64,000 nt of DNA from Bacillota bacterium (GTDB lineage: Bacteria > Bacillota > SHA-98 > UBA4971): NCBI GenBank assembly GCA_014360195.1, contig JACIXY010000003.1:83692-147691 (forward strand). The letters are read 5' to 3'. The position numbers and the translations under genes are program-made. The notes beneath the pieces were generated by a model. That model had not been told where the DNA came from, searched no databases, and was given only the letters and a program-made list of their open reading frames with translations. This document shows, one piece after another, positions 21,996 through 32,765 of this stretch; the first letter of the stretch is position 1; every line of letters starts with the position of its first letter.

Positions 21996-23627
21996 CTACT
22001 CGTGCGGGGGAACAGCGTTTTGAACGACGGCATCGGCGAGGTTGACCGCGTGGTCCGCCATGCGCTCGAGGTTGTCCACAACCTCGACGTAGATAACCCC
22101 GGACGCCGGGGAGCACGTCCCCTGGTTGAGCCGCCTGAGGTGGCTCGTTCGAAGAACGTCCTCGAGCTCGTCGATGTACTTCTCCTTCTCCCACACGTCC
22201 TGTGCGAGCGCAGGGTCGTTCTTCTCGAGGGCCTGGACGGCGTCGGAGATGACCTCGTCCACCCGTCTGAAGAGGTCACCAAGCTCGGATTTGGCCTCGT
22301 CGGAGAACTCGAGCCCCTGCTCAACCCTGTCGATGGCAAACTCGGATATGTTCACGGCATGGTCGCCGATGCGCTCTATGTCGTTCACCACGTGCAGCAT
22401 GCCGGCGAGCCTGGTTGACTGGGGTTGGGTGAGCACGCCCTGGGCCATGAGGGTCGAGAGGTACAGGATTATCTCGGATTGGAGGTTGTCCACCACCTCC
22501 TCGCGAGCGTTTATGCTCTTGGAGACCGCGCTCGGCTTGCCTGCAAGGAGTGCCTGCCCGGCATCTTTCACCATCTCACGCGCGATGCCGGCCATCCTGA
22601 CAAGCTCTTTCACCGCAAGCTGCAAGGCGACGGACGGGGTGGACAGCATGCGCCTGTCCAGGTACTTCGGGCCGTGCTCCATAACGATTTCCTGTCCGGG
22701 GTACACCGTCGTCGCGATGCGGGCGAGGACGCCCGCCATGGGCAACCATACGAGGGTATTGAGAACGTTGAACGACGTGTGGGCGTTCGCTATGAGACGC
22801 TCGATATTGCCCGAAGGCGTGACCACATGGACGAACGTCTTGAAGAATGGAAGCAGCGCAAGAAACAGGATGGTCCCGAACACATTGAAGAGCACGTGAG
22901 CGAGGGCCGTCCTGCGTGCGGACAGGCTTGCGCCGATGCTTGCGAGCACAGCTGTGACACACGTCCCAATGTTGTCGCCGAAAAGCACGGGTATCGCAGT
23001 GTCGAACCCGACAAGCCCCTGAGACGCAGCGGCCATGAGTAGGCCGATGGTCGCGCTTGAGCTCTGAATGATCACGGTCATGGCAAGCCCAACAAGCACC
23101 CCGAGGAGGGGATACTTTCCGAAGTTCGCTATCCATTGCACGAAAGCGGGGTTGTTGCGCAGCGGCTTCATGGTGTCGGCCATGACTGTCATGCCCAGGA
23201 ACAGGAGGCCGAACCCGAGGATGACCTGGCCCAGGTACTTGTGGATCTTCTTCCGCGAGAAGAAAGCGATGATGAAGCCCAGGCCCACCGCGGGAAGAGC
23301 CAGGTCCGAAAGGTCGAACGCGATGAGCTGCGCCGTTATGGTGGTGCCGATGTTGGCCCCCATGATCACTCCAACTGCCTGCTTCAGCGTCATGAGGCCT
23401 GCGTTCACGAAGCTGACGAGCATGACCGTGGTCGCACTGGAACTCTGGATAACGGCTGTAACAACAGCCCCCACGATCACTCCCATCCACGTCCTCGCAG
23501 TGAGGGCCTCGAGTATTCTTCGCATCCTGTCGCCGGCCGCCTTCTGCAGGCCGTCGCCCATCTGCATCATCCCATAGATAAAGAGCCCAAGACCACCAAG
23601 AAGCCCGGATATGAGGGAAATCGTCAC
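21996..23627 (-). CDS. Na/Pi cotransporter with PhoU domains
   Basis: Two QSSSAT repeats, GANIGTT, C-terminal ERIGDHA/ERMADHA. Confidence 0.93.
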   Translation of the reverse strand: MTISLISGLLGGLGLFIYGMMQMGDGLQKAAGDRMRRILEALTARTWMGVIVGAVVTAVIQSSSATTVMLVSFVNAGLMTLKQAVGVIMGANIGTTITAQLIAFDLSDLALPAVGLGFIIAFFSRKKIHKYLGQVILGFGLLFLGMTVMADTMKPLRNNPAFVQWIANFGKYPLLGVLVGLAMTVIIQSSSATIGLLMAAASQGLVGFDTAIPVLFGDNIGTCVTAVLASIGASLSARRTALAHVLFNVFGTILFLALLPFFKTFVHVVTPSGNIERLIANAHTSFNVLNTLVWLPMAGVLARIATTVYPGQEIVMEHGPKYLDRRMLSTPSVALQLAVKELVRMAGIAREMVKDAGQALLAGKPSAVSKSINAREEVVDNLQSEIILYLSTLMAQGVLTQPQSTRLAGMLHVVNDIERIGDHAVNISEFAIDRVEQGLEFSDEAKSELGDLFRRVDEVISDAVQALEKNDPALAQDVWEKEKYIDELEDVLRTSHLRRLNQGTCSPASGVIYVEVVDNLERMADHAVNLADAVVQNAVPPHE

Positions 23628-23760
23628 TGCTCCACCCCCAGATGGCTTTTACCCGTTCTCTACGCTGTGTCTTGTCTCTGCACCGGCGACCGAGCCCGGG
23701 CGGCTCCCTCTCTCAACCACGTCTTGACCATGGCCGCCGGTCCCCCGGAGCGGCCCTGCT

Positions 23761-24600
23761 TCAGGCCCCGAGGAACGCCCAGGCTATGACCGCTGCGCCG
23801 ACGATCCACGTGTAAAGCGCGAACACCATGAACCTGCGCCGTCTCAAAGCTGAGAACACGAGGTGGATCGCCACGTACCCCGAAACGATGCTGGCGACTG
23901 CACCCGCGAGAAAGGGCGCCGCGAGGTCCTTCGCAAGGCCCGCTCTCACAAGGTCCGGAAGCTCGAGCGCGCTTGCCCCGAGGATCACCGGTATGGATAG
24001 AAGAAAAGAGAACCTCGCTGCGTCGTCACGTCGTAGGCCGAACAGGAGACCCGTGCTGATCGTCGCGCCGGAGCGGGAAAACCCCGGGACCACCGCCAGC
24101 CCCTGTGCCACGCCGATGCAGAACGCACCAAGAGGTCCCAGGCGGCCCAGGGGGATACGCCCTGTGCTTACCCTGTCGGCAAGCCATAACACGAGGCCGG
24201 TCGCGACGAGGAAGATCCCCACAGCGAGCCTCGACGTAAAAAGCCGCTGAACGACCGGTTCGAGCGCAAGCCCCATGATCGCAGTTGGGATGCTTGCGAC
24301 GATAATGAGGAAAACCATCTTTCGCCAGTCGTCGCGCGAGATGGCCTTACCGAAGCTTGTCCCCCTGGCAACATCCGCTGCAACGCCCACCGCCGCCGAG
24401 GCGAGACGCGCCACGTCGCGCCTGAACACCAGGACAACCGCGGCGAGGGTTCCAAGGTGCACCAGGACGTCGAACGATAGCAACGCTTCCTGGGCCTTGA
24501 GGATCTCCCGCATGATGACGAGGTGGCCCGAGCTTGACACCGGCAGGAACTCGGTGAGCCCCTGCGCCATCCCCAGGACCACGGCTTTTACGACGTCCAT
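23761..24600 (-). CDS. uppP: Undecaprenyl-diphosphate phosphatase
   Basis: QGLTEFLPVSSSGHL, PGFSRSG, ARFSFLLSIP. Confidence 0.95.
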   Translation of the reverse strand: MDVVKAVVLGMAQGLTEFLPVSSSGHLVIMREILKAQEALLSFDVLVHLGTLAAVVLVFRRDVARLASAAVGVAADVARGTSFGKAISRDDWRKMVFLIIVASIPTAIMGLALEPVVQRLFTSRLAVGIFLVATGLVLWLADRVSTGRIPLGRLGPLGAFCIGVAQGLAVVPGFSRSGATISTGLLFGLRRDDAARFSFLLSIPVILGASALELPDLVRAGLAKDLAAPFLAGAVASIVSGYVAIHLVFSALRRRRFMVFALYTWIVGAAVIAWAFLGA

Positions 24601-25532
24601 GTGCGCCCCCCTCTCACGATGTCCACGAACCTGCGGGACCACGGCAGCACAACAACGATGGACAGCAGGTTGAAGAGCGTGTGGGCGTTGGCTATACCGT
24701 GCCCCGGGTCCTGTGGGGAGATAGCCTCCACGAGCCGAACGAACGCCCTGAACACCGGGAGAACACAGGCCACCCCTACAACGTTGAAGGCGAGGTGCAA
24801 AACCGCCGTTTTCCTCGCAGCGCGCGACGCCCCGACACTAGCGATGAGTGGTGTCACGCACGTGCCGATGTTGCCGCCGAGAGCAACGGCCAAAGCGGAC
24901 CGAAGGTCCATGATCCCCTGTCTTGCAAGGCTGATGAGCACGACCGTCGCCACGCTGGAACTCTGAATGACTCCGGTGAAGGCCGCGCCCGCCATAACCC
25001 CCAGCGTCGGCACCTGCCCGAGGACCACCAGGGATTCAACCAGCCACGGCGCGCCTGCAAGCCACGCCGTGGCGGAGGAGGTCACGCCCACGCCCCACAG
25101 GATGCACCCGAGGCCAGCCAACGCTACCCCTATGTCGCGATGGAGACGCCGCTTCGCCGCCAGGTACAGCGCAAGCCCGGCACAGACGGCCGGGGCGCCC
25201 AGCGACTCCGCTCGAAACGAGACTATCTGCGCCGTCACGCATGTCCCGAGGTTTGCCCCCATTATCACGCCGAAAGCCTGGTAGAGGTCGAGAACCCCGG
25301 CGTCTACGAGCCCCACCACCGTTATCGTGACCGCGCTAGAGCTCTGCAGGACCGCGGTTACCACCGTGCCCGTCACGGTCGCCGCCAGGGGTGTGCGGGT
25401 GAACCCTCTCAGGGCGCTCTCCGCGCGCCTGCCTGCGGTGCTGCCGAGCCCCGCGCGCAGCAACCGAATGCCCGCAAAAAAAAGGCCTATCCCACCAAGC
25501 AGCCGACAGACCGAGGCGACCACGGCGCACAT
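24588..25532 (-). CDS. Na/Pi-cotransporter-like protein, membrane part only
   Basis: QSSSA/QSSSV repeats, GANLGT, GGNIGT, IANAHTLFN; no PhoU domains. Confidence 0.85.
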   Translation of the reverse strand: MCAVVASVCRLLGGIGLFFAGIRLLRAGLGSTAGRRAESALRGFTRTPLAATVTGTVVTAVLQSSSAVTITVVGLVDAGVLDLYQAFGVIMGANLGTCVTAQIVSFRAESLGAPAVCAGLALYLAAKRRLHRDIGVALAGLGCILWGVGVTSSATAWLAGAPWLVESLVVLGQVPTLGVMAGAAFTGVIQSSSVATVVLISLARQGIMDLRSALAVALGGNIGTCVTPLIASVGASRAARKTAVLHLAFNVVGVACVLPVFRAFVRLVEAISPQDPGHGIANAHTLFNLLSIVVVLPWSRRFVDIVRGGRTWTS

Positions 25533-25713
25533 CTCCTCCACGCGCGAAGATCCGCCGCCACAGCGCATCGGTCTCAATATATGCCCTGTCAGCCCGACTT
25601 ATTATAGCACAGGGCAAACGCGGACGAAAAGCCCCGGCACTGCCCTGGAGTCGCACTGAACGCGCCGGCCTGGAGCCGGATTGTGGGGTACTCTGGAAAA
25701 GCAGTGGGGCTTG

Positions 25714-25962
25714 CTAACCTCGTGGCAAAACGCGGCCGCGGCCAACGAGAGACGGGGTGAGCCGAACGCGGCTCCCGGGCTGCAGGGCGGGATCTAGAAA
25801 GTGCTGCGGGTCGGTGCTGATGATCCGCACGATCACGGCCTCGTTCGCGGACACCTGCTCAACGGTCATGGTGATACCATTGATTTCCACATCGGTGAAG
25901 GTTCTTTCTCTGTCGATGCCCTCCAGGACCAGCTCGAGCGGAAGGACGGTGTACAGGATCAT
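25714..25962 (-). CDS. ylzJ: YlzJ-like protein
   Basis: [12 protein letters not shown]...[11 protein letters not shown]...PG; follows tepA. Confidence 0.85.
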   Translation of the reverse strand: MILYTVLPLELVLEGIDRERTFTDVEINGITMTVEQVSANEAVIVRIISTDPQHFLDPALQPGSRVRLTPSLVGRGRVLPRG

Positions 25963-26792
25963 TGCAGCCGCGCAGCCTCCCTGCCGGCGACCTCGGCGCG
26001 GCCGGCTCGCCTTTCCTCAATCATTCTGTTGAGCGCGGCAAGCGCGTCCGAGAGGCCCCCAACCGCGTCCATGAGGCCGAGGTTGACGGCGTCGCTGCCC
26101 ACGAGGACTGTGCCGACGTCTCGAACGAGCTCTCCTGTTCGGAACATGAGCTCCCGGAACTTCTCCGGGCTGATCCTGGTGTGCTCGGCCACGAATTTGA
26201 TGACCCGGTCCTGCATTTTCTCCAGGTACTCGTAAGTCTGGGGGACGCCTATGACAAGCCCGGAGAGCCGCAGCGGATGCACCGTCACTGTGGCCGTCGA
26301 CGCGATGAGGCGGTACTTGCAGCTCACGGCGACCGGCAGGGCAATCGAATGACCACCGCCGAGCACGAGGGACACTGAAGGCTTCGACATGCTCTCGATC
26401 ATCTCGGCGATGGCGAGCCCTGCTTCCACGTCGCCACCCACGGTGTTCAGGACGACGAGAAGGCCCTCGATAGCTGGGTTCTGCTCAACTGCCACAAGCT
26501 GCGGGATAACGTGCTCGTACTTGGTGCTTTTGTTCTGGGGAGGCAGAACGATGTGGCCCTCGATCTGGCCGATTATCGTCATCACGTGAATGTTGCTCTG
26601 CGGCGCCGGAGGAGTGCGCATCTCGCCGAGTTGTTTCAGCGATGTCGCAGCGGACTCAGGAGTCTCCGGCGCCCCGCCCGGCGTCCCGGGCGACGGCGTT
26701 CTCTCAGGAACCGGGCTGACCTCGCCGCCGAGCTTTGCCAGCGCAGAGCTGGAAATCGAAGGCACGCCGCCGGTGCCGCACCGGTCGCTCAT
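25959..26792 (-). CDS. tepA: ClpP-like translocation-enhancing protein TepA
   Basis: [41 protein letters not shown]. Confidence 0.92.
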   Translation of the reverse strand: MSDRCGTGGVPSISSSALAKLGGEVSPVPERTPSPGTPGGAPETPESAATSLKQLGEMRTPPAPQSNIHVMTIIGQIEGHIVLPPQNKSTKYEHVIPQLVAVEQNPAIEGLLVVLNTVGGDVEAGLAIAEMIESMSKPSVSLVLGGGHSIALPVAVSCKYRLIASTATVTVHPLRLSGLVIGVPQTYEYLEKMQDRVIKFVAEHTRISPEKFRELMFRTGELVRDVGTVLVGSDAVNLGLMDAVGGLSDALAALNRMIEERRAGRAEVAGREAARLQ

Positions 26793-26924
26793 CCCGTTCA
26801 ACCTCCTGGTACTGGTCACCTGTAGCAGGATCGGCTCGAGCTGCGCCGGTAAGTATTATGCGGCTACCACCCGCAAATCATGCGCCCGAGGGCGGCCACA
26901 TTCGGTGCGAGAAGGCGAAGGCTA

Positions 26925-27130
26925 AGTAGATCGCCACAAGTAATCGCCGGTTTCAGAGAGCACACGTGCCGTGCAGGGTTGCCGGTGTTGCACTCGGGGA
27001 CGGCGCCCCAAGCGGGGCGCGCTTCGCCAAAATCCGGCCCGTCGGGCCAGTGGCCGGATTTTGACACCCCTCGTGCAATCACCGGCAACCCAAGACCTCG
27101 GAAAACGGAGAAAACTAATGACCTCATACT
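26925..27130. mobile_element. 206-bp MITE variant with long core
   Basis: C-TA/TA-G flanks, AGTA...TACT ends, core GGGTTGCCGGTG...CACCGGCAACCC with internal hairpins. Confidence 0.8.
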
Positions 27131-27297
27131 TAGAAGCCGCAAGCGGCGTCGAAGCCGGGGGGCTCTGGCGCCGCCGCGAGAGTCGCACAAGGCGCGGAAG
27201 GCCGCGCTCAAGCCCTCAGGGGCCTTTTCGCGGCCTTACATGCCGACCGAACGGTTGACCCGCCGCCGCGGTGCGACCAGCGGTACGAGCCGGATGC

Positions 27298-28998
27298 CTA
27301 GATCTCGAGCGCGCTCCACAGCTTGTCCGCAATGGTCCCGAGGAGCTTCATCAGGGCCGCAAGGAGAATCGCAAGGACTCCTGCGACCCCTGCGACGATT
27401 CCCCACGCAGGAAACCCGAGCTTGATGAAGAAGCTCACGGCCACGCCTAAGAGACCTACGACGCCCACACCTACCAGCATCCCCGCCACCACGTTGAGGT
27501 TGGACTTCACAGCCTTCTGCTGATCCGTCCAGTTCAGCATGGGGCGCCACATGTCGAACAGCACTCCGCACACGCACAGCACAAACGACGACATGATCCC
27601 GAGGATGATCCCCGCCACCACACTCAGGACGGGTAACCTGACCAAGTACTCGAGCACAGCAACCCCGGGAATCGCTCCCAGGGCAATCATGATCTCCGCC
27701 CCCACCGCTTTACCAAGGGCGACGGTCTTCCCGGTTGCCGGGAAGCTCCTCGGAATCCAGATGTTCCTCCTTCCCTCGCGGGAGAACGCCGTGAAGGGAA
27801 TGGATGACATCGCCGTCAGGATAAAAAAGTACCCGGCAATGACGAGAGTTCCGATCGCCGCAAGCCCGGGTATCGCGAACAGGGCGTCCCACAGGCGTGC
27901 CATTTCAGGAGTGCTCCTCACGAAGAACATCGCCACGAGCATAACCGGGAATATCACAAACCCCGTGAACCCGTTCAGTACGAACACAGGGGTCCGCGTG
28001 AAGAGCTTCATCTCCGCAACGGCCAGCGAAACGACGGGCGAGCGTGAGACGTACGTTGCCGCCCGCACCTTTCCCACGCGGCGCGCGCCTCTCGTCGCCC
28101 CCGCCTCGAATCCGCTGAGCACGCCCTGGTAAAAGACCCTATCACCGATGGCGAGGAGAGCCACGAACCCGAGCGCGCCAACCGCGAGGAAGATCCCCAG
28201 ATTCAAGAGGCCCTGCCAGGTGCCGGACAGCGCAAGCGCCTTCGTCGCCCAGATGCTCGGCGGGAACCGCGCCCCAACGATGTCCACGAGGCTGTCGGCG
28301 GTCGCAAGCATCTTCGCCAGGAACTCAGCCTCCTCACCGACACCGGGAGCTTTCGTCTGCACGAGGAACTGAAAGACCACGACCACAGCTATGAAAAGGA
28401 AGCCTCCTATCATGGCCAGGGTGTCCTTCCGTCTCGACAACCCCACGACCCTCATGAGGAGAATCGCGGGAATGGCGGCGAGCACGAGCGGCACCACCGG
28501 CAGCGCCAGGAAGACCAGGACGCTCGAGACAACGTACGGGACGGCGCTTACGCCGGCGCGGACCCCATAGGCCACGAGCACGGGGACGATGAACACCGCG
28601 AGGCCCACGTACTCGTTGGCGAGGATCACAGCGAACTTGCTCACGAGCACCTCAGCCGGCCGGAGGGGAAACGGGATCAGGATGCCGAGGTCGTTCGAGA
28701 AGTAGAACACCGCTATGACCAGCACGAACCCGAGAATGAGCACGAGGACTTGTGAGAGGAGAATGCCAAGGGTCAGCGTGACAGCTCCCTGCCCTACGGC
28801 GGCAGCCGCAGAGTAGTAGTACGACGCCGCTGTGTAAATGCCGATAGCAAGCATGGCTGCGGCACCGCCGATGCCCAGAACTATCAGGACAGGCTCCCAC
28901 AGGCGCTGGCGCTTCTTGAGATAATAGTACCGCGAGTGCGATATGGCAAAGTTCATGTTGAGCTGGGCGAGGACGAGCGAAAGGACTCGCCTTGTCAT
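27298..28998 (-). CDS. ABC-2-type transporter permease
   Basis: Multi-TM protein directly downstream of an ABC ATPase. Confidence 0.8.
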   Translation of the reverse strand: MTRRVLSLVLAQLNMNFAISHSRYYYLKKRQRLWEPVLIVLGIGGAAAMLAIGIYTAASYYYSAAAAVGQGAVTLTLGILLSQVLVLILGFVLVIAVFYFSNDLGILIPFPLRPAEVLVSKFAVILANEYVGLAVFIVPVLVAYGVRAGVSAVPYVVSSVLVFLALPVVPLVLAAIPAILLMRVVGLSRRKDTLAMIGGFLFIAVVVVFQFLVQTKAPGVGEEAEFLAKMLATADSLVDIVGARFPPSIWATKALALSGTWQGLLNLGIFLAVGALGFVALLAIGDRVFYQGVLSGFEAGATRGARRVGKVRAATYVSRSPVVSLAVAEMKLFTRTPVFVLNGFTGFVIFPVMLVAMFFVRSTPEMARLWDALFAIPGLAAIGTLVIAGYFFILTAMSSIPFTAFSREGRRNIWIPRSFPATGKTVALGKAVGAEIMIALGAIPGVAVLEYLVRLPVLSVVAGIILGIMSSFVLCVCGVLFDMWRPMLNWTDQQKAVKSNLNVVAGMLVGVGVVGLLGVAVSFFIKLGFPAWGIVAGVAGVLAILLAALMKLLGTIADKLWSALEI

Positions 28999-28999
28999 G

Positions 29000-29755
29000 T
29001 CAGCTCGCCTCCCCCGCCTCTGTAAGCTCAAGGAATATGTCCTCAAGCGTTTCGTCTGCTTGCTTGCGACGGTTGCGAAGCTCCTCAACAGTGCCGCACG
29101 CGACAAGACGCCCTCTGTTGATGATGCCCACCCGGTCGCAGAGCCTCTCCGCCACCTCAAGGATGTGCGTGGAGAAAAACACCGTATGCCCTTTGTCGCA
29201 GTGGCTCCTCATCATATCCTTGAAAAGGCGCGACGCCCTGGGGTCCAGGCCCACCATGGGCTCGTCCAGGATGAACACCCGGGGCTCGTGGAGAAGCGCA
29301 CCGGTGAGAGCCAGCTTCTGCTTCATCCCGTGCGAGTAGCTCTGGATGATATCGCGAGCGGCCGACTCAAGCTCGAACATCTCCAAGAGCTCGGCGACGC
29401 GTCGCCTCCTCTCGTCCCGCGGAACGCCGAAGATGTCGGCCACGAGGTTGAGGTACTCGATCCCTGTAAGCCTGTCGTAGAGGTCGGGGTTATCCGGGAC
29501 ATACCCGATGTCGGCCTTGGCGGCCACGGAGTCTCGCGCCACGTCATGGCCGTTCACCAGGATGGTGCCTCTGTCGGCCTTGAGAAGCCCCACCACCATC
29601 TTGATGGTGGTGGTCTTTCCCGCCCCGTTCGGGCCGAGAAAGCCGAATATCTCCCCGGCGCGAACTTCGAGGGAAAGATTGTCCACCGCGGGCCTCGTTC
29701 CGCCGCGGTAAGTCTTGGACACTCCCTCTAACCTCAGCAAAGCTACCTCGCTCAT
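29000..29755 (-). CDS. ABC transporter ATP-binding protein
   Basis: GPNGAGKTT, YSHGMKQK, ILDEP. Confidence 0.95.
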   Translation of the reverse strand: MSEVALLRLEGVSKTYRGGTRPAVDNLSLEVRAGEIFGFLGPNGAGKTTTIKMVVGLLKADRGTILVNGHDVARDSVAAKADIGYVPDNPDLYDRLTGIEYLNLVADIFGVPRDERRRRVAELLEMFELESAARDIIQSYSHGMKQKLALTGALLHEPRVFILDEPMVGLDPRASRLFKDMMRSHCDKGHTVFFSTHILEVAERLCDRVGIINRGRLVACGTVEELRNRRKQADETLEDIFLELTEAGEAS

Positions 29756-29929
29756 AGCCGCGCCGACCCTCCTTGAGGAAAGCGGTGGCATTGTCGCGCC
29801 CCGGGCCTTCGCCCACCACGGAGCGGAAGGCTCGTCCAAAAGGCTTGTGATCCGAGCGTTCGCCTTCATGGGAGGCGTCGAGGCCTGGCAGGCCTTACAC
29901 ACTGATCGGCCGCTGTCAGCGAGCCGCGC

Positions 29930-31594
29930 CTATACCTCCATCACGATAGGCAGGACCATGGGCCGCCGACGGATCTTCTCGTAGACGAACTCCGCAAGGG
30001 CTTCGCGGACCCTATTCTTGATCGTCCCCCACTCGGTTATCCCCTGCCCCGAGCAGCGGGAGATAACCTCGCGTACCTCGCTCTCGGCCTCCTTCAGGAG
30101 CGCTTCGGACTCCTTCACGTACACGAAGCCTCTCGAGACTATGTCAGGCCCTGCTATGACCTCGGCCGTTTGCTTGTCCACCGTGACGACGACGACGAGT
30201 ATACCATCCTGGGCGAGCACCTTGCGGTCCCGCAGCACCACATTCCCGACGTCGCCGACCCCGAGTCCGTCCACCAGCACCTGCCCCGCATCGACCTTGG
30301 CGCCGAGGCGCGCGCCTTCCTTCGTGAACTCCAGGACGTCCCCGATGTCGAGGATGAAGATGTTCTCCGGTGGTATCCCCACCTGCTCAGCGAGGCGTGC
30401 GTGCTTTACGAGGTGGCGGTATTCCCCGTGAATGGGCACGAAGTACTTCGGGCGCGTGAGGTTCATCATGAGCTTGAGCTCTTCCTGACTCGCATGGCCC
30501 GACGCGTGAACCCCCGAGAACTTCTCGTAGATGACGTCGGCCCCCTGCCTGAAGAGATGGTTTATGGTCCGGCCGATGAGCTTCTCGTTTCCGGGGATCG
30601 GAGACGCCGAGATGATCACCGTGTCGCCAGGACGGATCCCCACCTTCTTGTGGGTCGCCATCGCCATGCGCGTGAGGGCGGACATCGGCTCCCCTTGAGT
30701 GCCTGTCGTGATGATCGTCAGCCTGTCCGCGGGAACCCTGTCCACCTCGTCCACGGAGACAAGCATCCCCGGAGGTATGACAAGGTACCCGAGGTTCGTG
30801 GCTATCTCCACCGTGTTCTCGAGGCTTCGGCCTATGACGGCGATCTTCCTCCCGAACTTCCACGAGGCGTCCACTATCTGCTGGACCCTGTGGATGTTCG
30901 ACGCAAACGTCGCGACGAGGATCCTTCCCTCGGCCTTGCTGAAAACGTCCTCGAAGGCGCGCCCTACGTCGCGCTCAGACATGGTGTACCCGGGGCGCTC
31001 TGCGTTCGTCGAATCTGAAAGAAGAGCCAGGACGCCGCGCGAGCCGAGCTCCGCGAACTTCCGAAAGTCCGGCGCCTCCTCGCCGATGGGCGTCTGGTCG
31101 AACTTGAAGTCGGCCGTGTGGACCAAAAGTCCGGCGGGCGTGGTGATGGCGAGCGCCACCACATCGGCGATGCTGTGGTTCACCCGGACGAACTCGACGG
31201 TAAACGGCCCCAGCGAGAGCGTTTCCCCGGCCTTTACGCATTGCAGAGGAAAGGCCGGGGAAACGCCGTGCTCCGCGAGCCGTCCCTCCACAAGGCCGAG
31301 CGTCAACCTGGTTCCGTATATCCTGGTGCTTACCTGCTTGAGGACGTATGGCAGGGCGCCGATGTGGTCTTCGTGCCCGTGGGTTAGGATGATTCCCCTT
31401 ATGCGATCCTGATTCGCCACGAGATAGGAGATATCGGGGATGACGAGGTCGATGCCGAGCATCTCCTCCTCCGGGAAGGCCACCCCCGCATCCACCACAA
31501 GTATGTCCCCGTTGTACTCGATAGCCGTCATGTTCTTGCCGATCTCGCCTACCCCGCCAAGGGGCACGATCGAAAGCCTGTCGTCTTTGGCCAC
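29930..31594 (-). CDS. rnj: Ribonuclease J
   Basis: PLGGVGEIGKN, THGHEDH, GTQGEP, HASGHA. Confidence 0.97.
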   Translation of the reverse strand: MAKDDRLSIVPLGGVGEIGKNMTAIEYNGDILVVDAGVAFPEEEMLGIDLVIPDISYLVANQDRIRGIILTHGHEDHIGALPYVLKQVSTRIYGTRLTLGLVEGRLAEHGVSPAFPLQCVKAGETLSLGPFTVEFVRVNHSIADVVALAITTPAGLLVHTADFKFDQTPIGEEAPDFRKFAELGSRGVLALLSDSTNAERPGYTMSERDVGRAFEDVFSKAEGRILVATFASNIHRVQQIVDASWKFGRKIAVIGRSLENTVEIATNLGYLVIPPGMLVSVDEVDRVPADRLTIITTGTQGEPMSALTRMAMATHKKVGIRPGDTVIISASPIPGNEKLIGRTINHLFRQGADVIYEKFSGVHASGHASQEELKLMMNLTRPKYFVPIHGEYRHLVKHARLAEQVGIPPENIFILDIGDVLEFTKEGARLGAKVDAGQVLVDGLGVGDVGNVVLRDRKVLAQDGILVVVVTVDKQTAEVIAGPDIVSRGFVYVKESEALLKEAESEVREVISRCSGQGITEWGTIKNRVREALAEFVYEKIRRRPMVLPIVMEV

Positions 31595-31809
31595 GCCTCT
31601 TGTGTCACCATCTTTACGAACCCGCTCGGGGCCCCCGCACTCGAAGGCAGGGAGCCTCGAGCGGCGTATTCATCCGGATGCAATTGTAACATAACCCCAC
31701 GGGCGTCTCAAGGTCGGCTCGCCGGCCCGCTGGCCTGCCTGCTGTCTGCCTGCCGGCTGTTGGCTCGCCGTCTGTTGGCTCGCCGGCCCGCCGCGGCCCA
31801 CCGACCGGG

Positions 31810-32694
31810 TCACGCCACGAGCCCCAGGCCTGAAAGCGCCTGACGGACGATCGCCGCTTCTCTCTCGCCGGCCTCCACGAGGGGCGGCCGCAGGCCTCCC
31901 ACGTCGAACCCAGTGAGCCTGAGCGCGAGCTTCACAGGGATCGGGTTTGTTGTCACGAACAGCGCTTTAAAAAGCGGGAAAAGCTCGGCGTTAATCTCCG
32001 CGGCCTTCGCCACCTGGCCGGCGACATACGCCTCCACCATATCTTTCAGCCGCCTGCCGACAACATGCGAGGCTACGCTGATGATGCCCTCGCCACCTAC
32101 CGCAAGGATCGGAAGCGTCAGGCTGTCATCGCCGCTGTAAATCTTAAATGACGGCGGCGTGCGCCGACGGATATCCGTGACCTGGTCAAGGCTGCCGCTG
32201 GCCTCCTTTATGGCCACGATGTTCTCCACGCCTGCGAGCTTCTCGACGGTCTCAGGCGTCATGTTTATGCCGGTCCTGCCAGGTATGTTGTAGAGGATGA
32301 CCGGCAGGCTCGTGGCCGCCGCGATGGCCTTGAAGTGGGTGATGAGCCCGTCCTGGGGCGGCTTGTTGTAATACGGCACGACGGCCATGACCCCGTGAAC
32401 TCCGACCTTCTCGGCCTCGCGCGTAAGCTCGACGCTGGCCTGCGTTGCATTCCCGCCCGTGCCGGCGACGACCGCAGCCTCCTTGCCAACAGCCTCCACG
32501 ACCACCCTGAAGAGGTTCACTTTCTCCTCTTTCGTCAGCGTCGGCGACTCGCCGGTCGTTCCTGCCACCACGATCCCGTCGGAGCCCGAGTCAACCAGCT
32601 TCCTTGCAAGCTCCGCAGCCTTGTCATAGTCCACCTTGAGGTCGGGCGTAAATGGCGTGACCATCGCGGTAAGCACTCGTCCGAAGCTCCTCAT
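31810..32694 (-). CDS. dapA: 4-hydroxy-tetrahydrodipicolinate synthase
   Basis: GTTGES, PYYNKP, YNIPGRTG, IKEASG. Confidence 0.97.
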   Translation of the reverse strand: MRSFGRVLTAMVTPFTPDLKVDYDKAAELARKLVDSGSDGIVVAGTTGESPTLTKEEKVNLFRVVVEAVGKEAAVVAGTGGNATQASVELTREAEKVGVHGVMAVVPYYNKPPQDGLITHFKAIAAATSLPVILYNIPGRTGINMTPETVEKLAGVENIVAIKEASGSLDQVTDIRRRTPPSFKIYSGDDSLTLPILAVGGEGIISVASHVVGRRLKDMVEAYVAGQVAKAAEINAELFPLFKALFVTTNPIPVKLALRLTGFDVGGLRPPLVEAGEREAAIVRQALSGLGLVA

Positions 32695-32765
32695 ACGAGC
32701 ATCCCCCCAGTAAAACTGTTGTCCCCGCCGTTCCTGGCGGATGTTACGGGTCTCGCACTCGAGGC

